64,000 bases of DNA from an uncultured beta proteobacterium. Lineage in GTDB: Bacteria; Pseudomonadota; Gammaproteobacteria; Burkholderiales; Casimicrobiaceae. A program made the translations under genes and the position numbers. The stretch covers positions 653,709 through 717,708 of the forward strand of contig CAWHCM010000002.1 in the NCBI GenBank assembly GCA_963828045.1, written 5' to 3'. This document shows positions 1 through 10,488 of this stretch, piece after piece. Under the pieces are notes generated by a model that did not search any database, was not told the origin of the DNA, and was given only the letters and a program-made list of their open reading frames with translations. The first letter of the stretch is position 1; every line of letters begins with the position of its first letter.

Positions 1-423
1 CACACTCGTCGCGATGCCCTGCCCCAGCGGTCCGGTGGTCGCTTCCACGCCCGACACGAGGTGATATTCGGGATGGCCGGGCGCCTTGCTGCCGAACTGG
101 CGGAAATGGCGGATGTCGTCCAGCGTGACGGCTGGCTTGCCGACGGTTTCGTAGTCGGCATTCACCGCCTGCGTGCCGGTCAGGTACAGCACCGACCACA
201 GGAGCATCGACGCGTGGCCGTTGGACAAGACGAACCGGTCGCGATTGGGCCAGATCGGGTCCTTCGGATCGAAGCGCATCACGCGATTCCACAGCGTGTA
301 CACCAGGGGCGCCAGCGCCATCGGCGTGCCGGGATGGCCGGAATTGGCGGCCTGCACGGCGTCGATCGCCAGCGTGCGGATCGTGTTGATGCAAAGGGTG
401 TCGAGGTCCTGCGTCGCGGCCAT
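1..423 (-). CDS. tkt: transketolase (5' part; runs off the window)
   Basis: Manual translation from ATG 423: [39 protein letters not shown]...[18 protein letters not shown], the canonical transketolase N-terminus. Not in the ORF track because it is truncated. Confidence 0.95.
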   Translation of the reverse strand, partial: MAATQDLDTLCINTIRTLAIDAVQAANSGHPGTPMALAPLVYTLWNRVMRFDPKDPIWPNRDRFVLSNGHASMLLWSVLYLTGTQAVNADYETVGKPAVTLDDIRHFRQFGSKAPGHPEYHLVSGVEATTGPLGQGIATSV

Positions 424-445
424 GGGGTCTCCGTCGAATGTGAGT

Positions 446-1144
446 TCAGCGCGGCTTGCCGGCCGCCGCCGCATCGGCAAGGATCACGGCGCGGGCGCTG
501 TTCACGCGGCCCGCCGGAATTCCGCGATCGCCGTTGGCAAGACGCGCCAGCATCGCGGCCTTTTCCGGTCCGGTGACGACCCACAGCACGCGGCGCGCGC
601 GGTCGAGCACCGGAAACGTCAGCGTCATTCGCGGATGACCCTGATAAGGCGCCGTCAGCGCGACGGCCGCGTCGGTGACCTGCAAGACCGGATCATCGGG
701 AACCAGCGACGCCGTGTGGCCGTCCGGCCCCAATCCGAGATGCACCAGGTCGAGCACGGACGGAGCGCCAGCGACGTGCTCGAGCTCCGATCCGTATCCC
801 TTTGCCGCCAGCGCAAGGTCCAGCGCCTCGACCGGCATCGCATGCAAGTGGCCCGGCGGCAACGCGACGCGCGACAGCAGGCTCTCGGCGATGTGCGTGA
901 GGTTGCGATCCGGATCGCCATGGGGTGCCACGCGCTCGTCCACTTGAAAGAGGTGCGTTTTCGCCCATGGCATCGGCAGCGCGGCAAGCGCACGCAGCAT
1001 CGCCCACGGCGTATGGCCGCCGCTGACCGCGAACGCGAACATGCCGCGCGCGGCGACCGCGTCCGCCGCGGCGCTGGCTATGCACTCCGCCGCGCGCTGC
1101 GCGACGGCGCCGGCATCGGGCGAAACGTCGATCGTGATGGGCAA
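446..1144 (-). CDS. pgl: 6-phosphogluconolactonase
   Basis: C-terminal part of ORF 446..1651: [23 protein letters not shown] and RMTLT motifs. Directly after zwf; TTG start at 1144 is inferred. Confidence 0.9.
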   Translation of the reverse strand: MPITIDVSPDAGAVAQRAAECIASAAADAVAARGMFAFAVSGGHTPWAMLRALAALPMPWAKTHLFQVDERVAPHGDPDRNLTHIAESLLSRVALPPGHLHAMPVEALDLALAAKGYGSELEHVAGAPSVLDLVHLGLGPDGHTASLVPDDPVLQVTDAAVALTAPYQGHPRMTLTFPVLDRARRVLWVVTGPEKAAMLARLANGDRGIPAGRVNSARAVILADAAAAGKPR

Positions 1145-1182
1145 TCGGGCTCCGGAGCCGCGGCGTTCGCGTCCCCGCTCCT

Positions 1183-2583
1183 TCAGTCGTCCACGACCGG
1201 ATCGTGCCAGCCGCCTTCGGGCGACACCGTCTGCACTTCCTCGGGTCCCCACGTGCCCTGCAGGTATTCGTGGACCGGCGTGTTGGCACGCAATACCGGA
1301 TCGACGATGCGCCACGCTTCCTCGACATAATCCTCGCGCGCGAAGAGCGTTTGGTCGCCGCGCATCGCGTCGCCCAGCACGCGTTCGTACGCGTCCATTT
1401 CGCCGGCACCCGGATGTCGGCTCGCGATCATTTCGGTGGTCAGGCTCACGCTCTCGTCTGCCGGCGACAGTACATTGACACCGATCGCGATCGTGATGTC
1501 CGGGCTGATGCGAAGCCGCACGTGGTTGGGGTGCTGGTTCGGCAGACAATAGACGGACGGCGGCTGCCGCAGGTGGACGATCACCTCGGTCGCGGTGACG
1601 GGCAGGCACTTGCCCGCGCGAATGTAGAACGGCACACCCTGCCAGCGCCACGAATTGATCGCGAGCCGCATGGCGGAAAAGGTTTCGGTCGTGGTATGGG
1701 CAGCCACACCGGGCTCGGACTTGTATCCGCGGAACTGACCGCGCACGATGTCCCTCGGAGTCAACGTTGCCACCGCCTTCAGGACCTTGACCTTCTCGTC
1801 GCGAATCGACTCGCTGTCGGTGCGCGAAGGCGGCTCCATCGCTAGGTTCGCCAGCACCTGGAAAAGGTGGTTCTGGATGACGTCGCGCGTCGTCCCCGTC
1901 TGGTCGTAGAACGCGCCGCGCCCCTGGATGCCGAAGTCCTCCGCCATGGTGATCTGGACGCTCTCCACGTGATAGCGGTTCCAGAACGGCTCCAGGAAAC
2001 CGTTGGCGAAACGGAAATGCAGCATGTTGTGCACCGGCCCCTTGCCCAGGTAATGGTCGATGCGGAAGATGTGCGCCTCGTCGAAGTTGCTGTAGAGAAT
2101 CCGGTTGAGCTCGCGCGCCGACGCCAGGTCATGGCCGAACGGCTTTTCGACGATGACGCGCGCGCCAGCCGTGCATCCGGCCTGCGCGAGCTGCAGCACG
2201 ACCGCCTCGAAGAGACTGGGCGGTATGGCCAAGTAGTGCGCCGGACGCTTTGCCGTTCCCAACTCGCGGCGCAGCGCCGTGAACGTCGCCGCATCGGCGT
2301 AGTCGCCGTCGATGTAGCGCAGCAGCCCCACGAGCCTCGCGAACGCTGCCGGATCAAGCCCGCCGTGTTTTTCCAGGCTGTCACGAGCGCGGGCGCGAAA
2401 CGCGTCGAGGTTCCAGCCGGCCTTCGCCACGCCGATCACGGGGACGTTCAGGTGCCCGCGCTTGATCATCGCCTGCAGCGACGGAAAGATTTTCTTGTAG
2501 GCGAGATCGCCGGTGGCGCCGAAGAACACCAGCGCGTCGGAAGGCGCGGCGTCCGCCATGACGCCGGTGGTGCTCGCGGTCAT
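1183..2583 (-). CDS. zwf: glucose-6-phosphate 1-dehydrogenase
   Basis: [20 protein letters not shown] and DVIQNHL motifs; ATG at 2583. Confidence 0.95.
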   Translation of the reverse strand: MTASTTGVMADAAPSDALVFFGATGDLAYKKIFPSLQAMIKRGHLNVPVIGVAKAGWNLDAFRARARDSLEKHGGLDPAAFARLVGLLRYIDGDYADAATFTALRRELGTAKRPAHYLAIPPSLFEAVVLQLAQAGCTAGARVIVEKPFGHDLASARELNRILYSNFDEAHIFRIDHYLGKGPVHNMLHFRFANGFLEPFWNRYHVESVQITMAEDFGIQGRGAFYDQTGTTRDVIQNHLFQVLANLAMEPPSRTDSESIRDEKVKVLKAVATLTPRDIVRGQFRGYKSEPGVAAHTTTETFSAMRLAINSWRWQGVPFYIRAGKCLPVTATEVIVHLRQPPSVYCLPNQHPNHVRLRISPDITIAIGVNVLSPADESVSLTTEMIASRHPGAGEMDAYERVLGDAMRGDQTLFAREDYVEEAWRIVDPVLRANTPVHEYLQGTWGPEEVQTVSPEGGWHDPVVDD

Positions 2584-2590
2584 TTGCTTC

Positions 2591-3610
2591 TCACTTGCCT
2601 TCCGGCTTCTCGACGTGCCCGCCGAATTCGAAGCGCATCGCCGACAGCAGCTTGTCCTGGAAGGCGGCTTCACCCCGCGAGCTGAACCTCTCGTAGAGGG
2701 CCGTCGTCAGCACCGGCGTGGGCACGGCCTCGTCGATGGCGGCCTTGATCGTCCAGCGTCCCTCGCCGGAATCGGACACGCGCCCCGAGAACTGCGCGAG
2801 CGTCGGGTCCTTGATCAACGCGGAAGCGGTGAGGTCGAGCAGCCACGACGCGATCACGCTGCCGCGACGCCACACTTCGGCGATGTCGGGCAGGTTCAGG
2901 TCGTACTGATAATGCTCGGGGTCGCGCAGCGGTGTGGTCTCCGCGTCGATTGCGTGCACAGCCTTGCCGACATTTGCGGCGCGCAGGATGTTCATGCCCT
3001 CCGCGTAGGCGGCCATCAACCCGTACTCGATGCCGTTGTGCACCATCTTGACGAAGTGCCCGGCGCCGTTGGGCCCGCAGTGAAGGTAACCCTGCTCCGC
3101 CGTGCCGCGGGCCTTGTCGCGTCCCGGTGTGCGGTCGATGTCGCCGATGCCGGGAGCCAGCGTGGCGAAGATCGGGTCGAGATGTTCAACGACCGCGGGC
3201 TCGCCGCCGATCATCATGCAATAGCCGCGCTCTAAGCCCCACACGCCGCCGCTGGTGCCGACATCGACATAGTGGACGCCTTTGGGCGCCAACTCCTTCG
3301 CGCGCCGGATGTCGTCGACGTAATAGGAATTGCCGCCGTCGATCAGGATGTCGCCGGACTCGAGAAGCGGCAGGATGCCGGCGATCGTCTTGTCCACGAC
3401 GGCGGCGGGCACCATCAGCCAGACCGCCCGCGGCTTGGCGAGCTTGGCGATAAAATCCGCGAGCGACGACGATCCCGTCGCCTTCTCGTTGACCAGGTCC
3501 TGCACGGCCTTCGGCGACATGTCGAAGACCACGCATTGATGTCCGTCCTTGAGCAACCGGCGCACCATGTTCGCGCCCATGCGGCCCAGCCCGATCATTC
3601 CTAGTTGCAT
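2591..3610 (-). CDS. gnd: 6-phosphogluconate dehydrogenase, decarboxylating (short type)
   Basis: [31 protein letters not shown] and VSDSGEGRW motifs. Confidence 0.95.
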   Translation of the reverse strand: MQLGMIGLGRMGANMVRRLLKDGHQCVVFDMSPKAVQDLVNEKATGSSSLADFIAKLAKPRAVWLMVPAAVVDKTIAGILPLLESGDILIDGGNSYYVDDIRRAKELAPKGVHYVDVGTSGGVWGLERGYCMMIGGEPAVVEHLDPIFATLAPGIGDIDRTPGRDKARGTAEQGYLHCGPNGAGHFVKMVHNGIEYGLMAAYAEGMNILRAANVGKAVHAIDAETTPLRDPEHYQYDLNLPDIAEVWRRGSVIASWLLDLTASALIKDPTLAQFSGRVSDSGEGRWTIKAAIDEAVPTPVLTTALYERFSSRGEAAFQDKLLSAMRFEFGGHVEKPEGK

Positions 3611-3623
3611 GACGAGTTTTCCT

Positions 3624-4550
3624 TTATCCGCGTGATGCGTTTCGCTTTTCGAAGATGTCGACGAACTCCCGATACCTGCGCGCAATCTCGGCCACCGCGG
3701 CATCGCGCGTCAGCGTCCCCGCGCGCATGCCGACCAGCGGCTCCCAGAAGTCCGTCCGGCCGACGGCAAAGCCGATGAAGCCCGGAACGCTGGCCGCGAT
3801 GCTCAACCACTCGCGGACTTTGCGGTCGTCCTCGCCGCGTCCCAGGACGATGCAGCCGACATGGTCGCGGCCGCCCCGCCGTGCCGCGGCGACGATCGCG
3901 ACGCAGTCCTCGCGCCGGTCGAGTCCTTCGATCTTCCAGACATCCGGTTCCACGCCGGCGTCCTGCAGTTCCTCGATCGCCTGCACCATGAGGCGCGGCC
4001 GCACGGTGAGATCGTAGGCCCTGGCGTCACCGCCCTGCGCCCCAAGTTGCGATTTTTCGGGCGGGACCAGCAATTCGAACATGTAGAGGCTGCGGCCGAC
4101 GCCTTGAAGGTAATCCGACAGCCGTTTCAAGCGCTCGGCCTGCCGCCGGTTGAGCGCGGCGTCGCCGCCCGGGTTGTAGCGGACGAGCACTTTGCAGAAC
4201 GTCGGATGAAACGCTTCGATGTGCGCCGCAAAGTCGTCGCCGTATTCGAAGTCGAATTCCTCCTGGCCGCTCTTCTCCGCGGGACAGGCGATGGTGAATC
4301 CTCGCGCGGCCGCGTCGCGAAGAATTGCCGCGCCGAATTGTTCGTCGACGAGAAGGCCCGCCTTCGCCTTGGGCACGCCGGCGGCAACCGCCGACTTGAG
4401 GCCGTCGTAGATGACCTGCTTGGCGGCGGCGATTTGCGCGGTCTGCTCGGCGTTGAGCGCGCCGGTCCAGCCGAACATCTTCGTCTCGAACGATCCGCGA
4501 TGGTCAAACGGCAGGATGTACAGCGGCTTGTCGTATCCGCGCGGAATCAC
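3624..4550 (-). CDS. DUF2090-like class I aldolase-fold protein (resembles the IolC C-terminal domain / LacD)
   Basis: [29 protein letters not shown] and GFAVGRT motifs; GTG start. Confidence 0.75.
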   Translation of the reverse strand: MIPRGYDKPLYILPFDHRGSFETKMFGWTGALNAEQTAQIAAAKQVIYDGLKSAVAAGVPKAKAGLLVDEQFGAAILRDAAARGFTIACPAEKSGQEEFDFEYGDDFAAHIEAFHPTFCKVLVRYNPGGDAALNRRQAERLKRLSDYLQGVGRSLYMFELLVPPEKSQLGAQGGDARAYDLTVRPRLMVQAIEELQDAGVEPDVWKIEGLDRREDCVAIVAAARRGGRDHVGCIVLGRGEDDRKVREWLSIAASVPGFIGFAVGRTDFWEPLVGMRAGTLTRDAAVAEIARRYREFVDIFEKRNASRG

Positions 4551-4554
4551 GTCT

Positions 4555-4678
4555 CCCCCCCGAACGGCGCTGCGCGCCGCTCCCCCCCAGGGGGGCGAGC
4601 GCCAGCATGTGACCCCCCCGAAGCGCGCGTTGCGCGCTGCCCCCCGAGGGGGCGATGCGACCTTGGGACGGCCCTGCG
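4555..4678. repeat. tandem REP-like palindromic intergenic elements (2 copies)
   Basis: 4555-4597 CCCCCCCGAACGGCGCTGCGCGCCGCTCCCCCCCAGGGGGGCG and 4613-4654 CCCCCCCGAAGCGCGCGTTGCGCGCTGCCCCCCGAGGGGGCG, each with two hairpins; followed by CCTTGGGACGGCCCTGCG. Confidence 0.7.
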
Positions 4679-4701
4679 GTCGCGCGGCGGCCCGGCGGCG
4701 C

Positions 4702-6342
4702 TCACTTCTGCCTTTCCTTACGATAACGGCGGATCAGCGCACTGGTCGAGCTGTCGTGGGCGAGCTTGGGCTCTGCCGCGGCTTGCAGCTCCGGGATGAT
4801 CCGCTGCGCCAGGACCTTGCCCAGTTCCACGCCCCACTGGTCGAACGAGTCGATCTGCCACACCGTCCCCTGCGTGAACACGCTGTGCTCGTACAGCGCG
4901 ACCAGCTTGCCCAGTGCGGACGGCGTCAACTGCTCGAGCAGGATCGTGTTGGACGGCCGATTGCCCTCGAACACGCGGTGAGCAACGAGCCAATCCGGCG
5001 TGCCCTCCGCCTTGACTTCCGCCGCCGTCTTGCCGAACGCGAGCGCCTCCGCTTGCGCGAAGACGTTAGCCACGAGGATGTCGTGATGCCGGCCGAGAGG
5101 GTTCAGCGCCTTGGCGAATGCGATGAAGTCGCAGGGGATGAGCCGCGTGCCCTGGTGGATCAGCTGGTAGAACGAGTGCTGTCCGTTGGTGCCGGGCTCG
5201 CCCCAGTAGATCGGACCCGTGGAATAGCCGACGGGCTTCCCGTCCAGCGTGACGTGCTTGCCGTTGCTCTCCATCGTCAACTGCTGCAGGTAGGCGGGGA
5301 AGCGCTTCAGGTATTGCTCGTACGGCAGCACGGCCACGGTCTGCGCGTCGAAGAAATCGGTGTACCAGACGGCCAGCATGCCCATCAACACGGGCAGGTT
5401 GCGCTCGAACGGTGCCGTGCGAAAGTGCTCGTCGATGGCATGAAAGCCCGCCAGCATGTCGCGGAAATTCGCCGGACCGACAGCGAGCATCGTCGACAGG
5501 CCGATCGCCGAGTCCATCGAATAGCGGCCGCCCACCCAGTCCCAGAATCCGAACATGTTCGCGGTGTCGATGCCGAACTCCGTGACCTTTTCGGCGTTGG
5601 TCGACACGGCGACGAAGTGCTTCGCCACGGCAGCGCCGTCGCCGCCCAATCCCGCCAGCGACCAGTCACGCGCCGTGTGCGCGTTGGTCATCGTCTCCAG
5701 CGTCGTGAACGTCTTCGACGAAATGATGAACAGCGTCTCCGCCGCATCCAGGTCGCGGACGGCCTCGGCGAAGTCGGTGCCGTCGACGTTGGAGACGAAC
5801 CGAAACGTCATCGACCGGTCGCTGTAGGCCTTCAGCGCCTCGTAGGCCATCACGGGCCCCAGGTCGGAGCCGCCGATGCCGACGTTGATCACGTTGCGGA
5901 TGCGCTTGCCGGTATGCCCCTTCCATGCGCCACTGCGGACGCGGTCGGCGAATGCGGCCATCCGGTCGAGCACGGCGTGGACATCGGGCACGACGTTCTT
6001 GTCGTCGACGACGATGGCCGCGCCGCGCGGCGCACGCAGCGCCACATGCAGCACCGCCCGGTTTTCGGAAACGTTGATCCTGTCGCCGCGGAACATGGCG
6101 TCGATGTGCTGGCGCAGGCCGGACTCCGCGGCAAGCTGGAGCAGCAACTCGATCGTTTCGTCGGTGACGCGGTTCTTCGAGTAGTCGAGGTAGACGCCTT
6201 GGGCTTCGGTCGTCAGGCGCTCGCCGCGCGTCGGATCGTCGGCGAAGAATTTGCGCAACTCCAGATTCCTAACGCTCGCGTAGTGGGCGGCAAGCGCCTT
6301 CCACGCCGGTCGTGATTCGAGGGGAGGGACGGCCGCGGCCAT
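4702..6342 (-). CDS. pgi: glucose-6-phosphate isomerase
   Basis: [37 protein letters not shown] and [10 protein letters not shown] motifs. Own ATG at 6342 with AAGGA upstream. Confidence 0.95.
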   Translation of the reverse strand: MAAAVPPLESRPAWKALAAHYASVRNLELRKFFADDPTRGERLTTEAQGVYLDYSKNRVTDETIELLLQLAAESGLRQHIDAMFRGDRINVSENRAVLHVALRAPRGAAIVVDDKNVVPDVHAVLDRMAAFADRVRSGAWKGHTGKRIRNVINVGIGGSDLGPVMAYEALKAYSDRSMTFRFVSNVDGTDFAEAVRDLDAAETLFIISSKTFTTLETMTNAHTARDWSLAGLGGDGAAVAKHFVAVSTNAEKVTEFGIDTANMFGFWDWVGGRYSMDSAIGLSTMLAVGPANFRDMLAGFHAIDEHFRTAPFERNLPVLMGMLAVWYTDFFDAQTVAVLPYEQYLKRFPAYLQQLTMESNGKHVTLDGKPVGYSTGPIYWGEPGTNGQHSFYQLIHQGTRLIPCDFIAFAKALNPLGRHHDILVANVFAQAEALAFGKTAAEVKAEGTPDWLVAHRVFEGNRPSNTILLEQLTPSALGKLVALYEHSVFTQGTVWQIDSFDQWGVELGKVLAQRIIPELQAAAEPKLAHDSSTSALIRRYRKERQK

Positions 6343-6362
6343 GCGTTTTGTCCTTCGAAGCG

Positions 6363-7068
6363 CTAGCGCGAGCGCTTCCGCGAGGGGCGGGAACCGGCGC
6401 GCGATGGCGGGCGCGGCTTCGACCCATGCCACAGCCGGAACCCGCCGAGAAAAGCGTTGTCGTTGTCGCCCAAGCCGGCATCCGGGCGGCAGCTCCTTCA
6501 ATTGCCTGCTGTTGCCGCCACCCAGCACCACGTCATCGGGACGGAACGCCGCGACGAGGCGTGCGACGACGTCCTCGACTCGCTTGCGCCATTTTTTCTG
6601 GCCGAAGCGCTCGAGCGCGTGGACGCCGACATAGTCCTCGTACGTTGCCTTGCGATACGGAAGGTGCGCGAGTTCCAGCGGAACCACGACATGGTCGGCC
6701 ACCAGTGTCGTGCCCAGACCGGTTCCCAGGCCCAGGAACAGCAGGATGCCGCCGTTGTAGCTGCCGAGCGCCTGCATCGCCGCATCGTTGATGATCTTCA
6801 CCGGGCAGCCAAAGGCGGCCGCGTAGTCGAACCTGACCCAGCCCTTGGCGAGGTTGTACGGCTCGGTCACCGGTTGATTGTGCTTGACCACGCCCGGATA
6901 CCCGATGGAAACGCGATCGTATTTCCAGTCGTGAGCGAGTCGCTTGACGCCGGTGACCATTTGCCGCGCGGTCATCGACGGACCCGAGGCGAATTTCCGC
7001 GGCTCACCCTGACCCTGCGCCAGGATCTTGACGCTCGTGCCACCCACATCGATCGCCAGAACCTTCAT
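6363..7068 (-). CDS. ROK-family (polyphosphate-type) glucokinase with a +1 frameshift near 6470
   Basis: [28 protein letters not shown] and LELAH motifs. Removing one base near 6470 restores [14 protein letters not shown] and a TAG at 6363-6365. Confidence 0.85.
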
Positions 7069-7102
7069 CGATTCGCCCCTCGCCGCGTCGGAACGCGTGG
7101 CG

Positions 7103-8188
7103 CTAGGCCGCCTTGCCGAGCAGCGTGCTCTTGGAGTCGATGACGCCCATCAATTCGTTCCACGACTTGACGAACGATTCGGCGCCTTCGTTCTGGAGCT
7201 TCGCTGCGAGCGCGTCGATGTCGACGCCGGCCTTCGCGAATTCGGCCAGCACCGCTTCGCAATTGCCGCCGTCGGCAGGCGTCGTCGCGCCAACCTCGCC
7301 GTGGTCGGCAAAGGCCAGGAGTGTTGCCTCCGGTATCGTGTCGATGGTGAACGGCGCCGCGAACGCCTTGACATACAGCACGTCGGACGCCTTGGGGTCC
7401 TTGGTGCCGGTGCTGGCAAAAAGGAATCGTTGCGGCCGGCCGCCGACGTTCATCACGCGCCGATAGCGCGCTGACGCGATGAGGTCGCAGTACGCCTTGT
7501 AGCAGCGCTGGCCGATCGCGATGCCGAGCGTGTTGGTCAACGCAGGCGGCACCTTGCCCGCCACCGCGACGTCCCAGCGGCTGATGAAAACCGACGCCAC
7601 CGACGCCACGTCCGGAGAAAGCCCCGCGGCAATGCGCCGCTCGATGCCGCGCAAATAAGCTTCCGCCGCCGCGACGTACTGCTCGCGCGAAAAGAGCAGC
7701 GTCACGTTGATCGGCACGCCGGCGAAGATCGACTCCTCGATCGCCGGCAGGCCCTCCTTCGTGCCGGGAATCTTGATGAAGAGGTTGGGACGCCCGGCCC
7801 GCGCATGCAGGTCCTTGGCCACCGCCAGCGTCGTGTTGGTGTCATGCGCGAGCAGCGGCGACACCTCGAGCGAAACCCAGCCGTCCACGCCTCGCGTGCG
7901 GTCGTGGACCGGGCGGAACAGGTCGGCGGCGCGCGCGACATCGTCGATCGCAAGCTCGAAGAACAGCGACTCGCCCGACTTGCCGGACTTCAACTTGCTG
8001 CGGATCGCGGAATCGTAGTCGCCGCTGTTCTTGATCGCGTTGTTGAAGATCGTGGGATTCGACGTGAGTCCCGTGACGGACAGCTCGCCGATGTAGCGCG
8101 CGAGCGTTCCGCTCTCCAGCAGGTCGCGCGTGATGTTGTCGAGCCAGAGGCTCTGACCGATATCGTGAAGTTTCCGGGTCGCCTTCAT
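7103..8188 (-). CDS. tal: transaldolase
   Basis: [34 protein letters not shown] and ASTGTK motifs. Confidence 0.95.
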   Translation of the reverse strand: MKATRKLHDIGQSLWLDNITRDLLESGTLARYIGELSVTGLTSNPTIFNNAIKNSGDYDSAIRSKLKSGKSGESLFFELAIDDVARAADLFRPVHDRTRGVDGWVSLEVSPLLAHDTNTTLAVAKDLHARAGRPNLFIKIPGTKEGLPAIEESIFAGVPINVTLLFSREQYVAAAEAYLRGIERRIAAGLSPDVASVASVFISRWDVAVAGKVPPALTNTLGIAIGQRCYKAYCDLIASARYRRVMNVGGRPQRFLFASTGTKDPKASDVLYVKAFAAPFTIDTIPEATLLAFADHGEVGATTPADGGNCEAVLAEFAKAGVDIDALAAKLQNEGAESFVKSWNELMGVIDSKSTLLGKAA

Positions 8189-8341
8189 CGTTGCACCTCT
8201 AGGGATTCCATGCGGTGACGAGAACTTTAGCGCCCGGGTGACCTGCGTGGGGCGCTCAGGGGAAAGTCGCCCAAATCATACTCCAGAATCCGCCCACCGG
8301 CCTCGCGCGCCCGCGGCGTGCGAGGTGAAACTCCAGCACCG

Positions 8342-8938
8342 TTACGGGGCCGGCGCGGGCGTTTCGTTCCACAGGCGGATCACCGGCTCGGACGGGTCAT
8401 GTTCGTAGCCCAGCATGCATACGGCAGCGGTCCCGAGGACGAAATGGCGGCCCGTCGGAACGTCCTGGCCGAGCCAACGCGCCGTTAGGACGCGCAGGAA
8501 ATGGCCGGAGGAAAACAGGAGCGCGTTGCCATTCACGTCGCGCACGCGATTCACCACGCGATCGGCGCGGGCGCCAATTTCCGCCAGCGATTCGCCGCCG
8601 GGGCAGCCGTCACGAAACAGCAACCAGCCGGGGCGGCGCGCGTGGATCTCGCGCGTCGTCAGCCCTTCGTATTCGCCATAGTCCCACTCGACCAGGTCGC
8701 GGTCGACTTCCGCGACGCCCCCAAATCCGGCCAGCGCGCACGTGCGTGCGGCGCGCTGCAGCGGACTCGTCAGCACCTTCGCGAACGTGATGCCCGCGAG
8801 CCTTGCGCCCAGTCGCATGGCGTTTCGTTCGCCGCGCTCGGTCAGCGGCAGGTCCGTCAAGCCCGTATGCTGGCCCGACAGACTCCACGCGGTTTCGCCG
8901 TGGCGCGCAAGGTAGACGACCGGCAAGGTTTCGCTCAT
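8342..8938 (-). CDS. histidine phosphatase family protein
   Basis: RHGET motif, SPLQRA, EWDYGEYEG. Confidence 0.9.
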   Translation of the reverse strand: MSETLPVVYLARHGETAWSLSGQHTGLTDLPLTERGERNAMRLGARLAGITFAKVLTSPLQRAARTCALAGFGGVAEVDRDLVEWDYGEYEGLTTREIHARRPGWLLFRDGCPGGESLAEIGARADRVVNRVRDVNGNALLFSSGHFLRVLTARWLGQDVPTGRHFVLGTAAVCMLGYEHDPSEPVIRLWNETPAPAP

Positions 8939-9119
8939 CGCGCCGCTACTGGCTCAAGTTGATTTGCTGCCCAGAGGCTCGCGTTGGTCAAAGATCGACG
9001 AGCCGATCTTCCCGTGGGCACCAGTCCGCGTGGGCGCGACGGCGGCGCCTGCCGGGCAAGCGCGGCATCGCGCTCGCCCTAAGCAACCGCCAGCGCCGCG
9101 GTGATCCTGGTCGGGCCCG

Positions 9120-9446
9120 TCAGGCCTTCTTGACCCAGGCCGTGCACCAGCCCTTGGCGCTGACCAGTTTCCCCTGGAATATCGCGCAAGGGCCATCCGG
9201 CGCGCCCGCCTTGCCCGAATAAAGGCTGCAGGTGCCGCACATGGCCGCCTTGTCGGTGCGCTTGGTCGACTTCGTGGCGTCGGTCACATAGCCCAGCGCG
9301 CTCGCCGTCGGATCGGATTCCTTGACCGTGTCGACGGCCTGGGCGGTTCCGCTCAACAGCGCGTTGGCGAATGGCGCGGCCGCGAGACCGATGGCGGTGA
9401 TCTTGAAGAAGCGGCGGCGGCTTGCGGGGGAGGATTCTCTGGACAT
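9120..9446 (-). CDS. high-potential iron-sulfur protein (HiPIP) with Tat signal
   Basis: SRRRFFK twin-arginine leader; ALGY and CxxC...C...GWC four-Cys pattern. Confidence 0.9.
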   Translation of the reverse strand: MSRESSPASRRRFFKITAIGLAAAPFANALLSGTAQAVDTVKESDPTASALGYVTDATKSTKRTDKAAMCGTCSLYSGKAGAPDGPCAIFQGKLVSAKGWCTAWVKKA

Positions 9447-9582
9447 CGTGGTCTCCTTTTAGATCGGCTGCAAAACGTTGACGGGGACAAGGGACTTAAG
9501 CTGCGACAATTGCCCGGGCCGGCTGGCCCCGGGGCGCCGGTGAGACTCTACTACGACATTGGATCCAAGCGAACGATCGCCG

Positions 9583-10434
9583 ATGACCTTTCCGACCCTC
9601 CCTGGCGCCGGCGGACTACCCAAGGTCGTGCTGTCCTCGCGCGACGGCGCGCGCGCGGAGATCTACCTGCATGGCGCGCAACTCACGTCCTGGGTCCCGG
9701 CGGGATCGTCCGCCGACCGCATTTTCCTGAGCGCGCGGTCGCGCTTCAGCGAGGGCGCGGCCATTCGCGGTGGCATTCCGGTGAGCTTCCCCCAGTTCGC
9801 CGCGCAAGGTCCACTGCCCAACCATGGCTTCGCCCGCGCGCAGCGCTGGGATTTGACGCGCGCGGACCTCGATGACGACGGCAGCGCATCCGCCGTCCTG
9901 CGCCTCACCGACTCGGGGGCGACGCGGCAACTCTGGCCGCACGCTTTCGCGCTCGAGTTGAGCGCCCGGCTGTCCGGCGTGTCGCTCGTCGTCGGGCTTG
10001 GTGTCGTGAATACCGGTGCCACGCGCTTCGAGTTCACCGCGGCCCTCCATACGTACCTGGCCGTGGCCGACGCGGCACAGACGAGCGTCCACGGATTGCA
10101 ACGTGCCGCCTTCATCGACAAGGTCCGCGGCGAGCCCGATTGCCGCGAGACGAACGCCGTCCTGCGCATCGACGGCGCAATCGACCGCGTGTATCGCGCC
10201 GCGCCTGCCGACCTCGAAGTCCACGAGCCGAGCCGTGCGATGGCGTTGCGCGCGACCGGCTTTCCGGACACCGTCATCTGGAATCCCGGCGCGGCAGGTG
10301 CGCAGGCGCTGGCCGACCTGGGAGCTGACCAGCAACGCGCGATGCTGTGCGTCGAGGCGGCTGCGGCCGCCGCACCGATCGTGCTCGCCCCCGATGCGGC
10401 GTGGCGCGGCACCCAATCGCTGACCGCGTGCTGA
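9583..10434 (+). CDS. D-hexose-6-phosphate mutarotase (YeaD-like)
   Basis: AIRGGIP, FPQF, HGFAR, ALHTY, WNPG and LCVE motifs. Confidence 0.9.
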   Translation: MTFPTLPGAGGLPKVVLSSRDGARAEIYLHGAQLTSWVPAGSSADRIFLSARSRFSEGAAIRGGIPVSFPQFAAQGPLPNHGFARAQRWDLTRADLDDDGSASAVLRLTDSGATRQLWPHAFALELSARLSGVSLVVGLGVVNTGATRFEFTAALHTYLAVADAAQTSVHGLQRAAFIDKVRGEPDCRETNAVLRIDGAIDRVYRAAPADLEVHEPSRAMALRATGFPDTVIWNPGAAGAQALADLGADQQRAMLCVEAAAAAAPIVLAPDAAWRGTQSLTAC

Positions 10435-10488
10435 AGGCGACGGCGCATTGCCAAGTAGACTAGAGCCCTCGATCCGCGCTCGGGACGC

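Noticed and set aside
4555-4654. Possible mini CRISPR array
   Set aside because: Only two imperfect units with a 15-bp gap, and no cas genes.
4702-7068. Apparent 788-aa glucokinase-PGI fusion ORF
   Set aside because: One extra base near 6470 hides the conserved glucokinase end ([14 protein letters not shown]...TAG), and pgi has its own SD and ATG at 6342. The linker is out-of-frame sequence.
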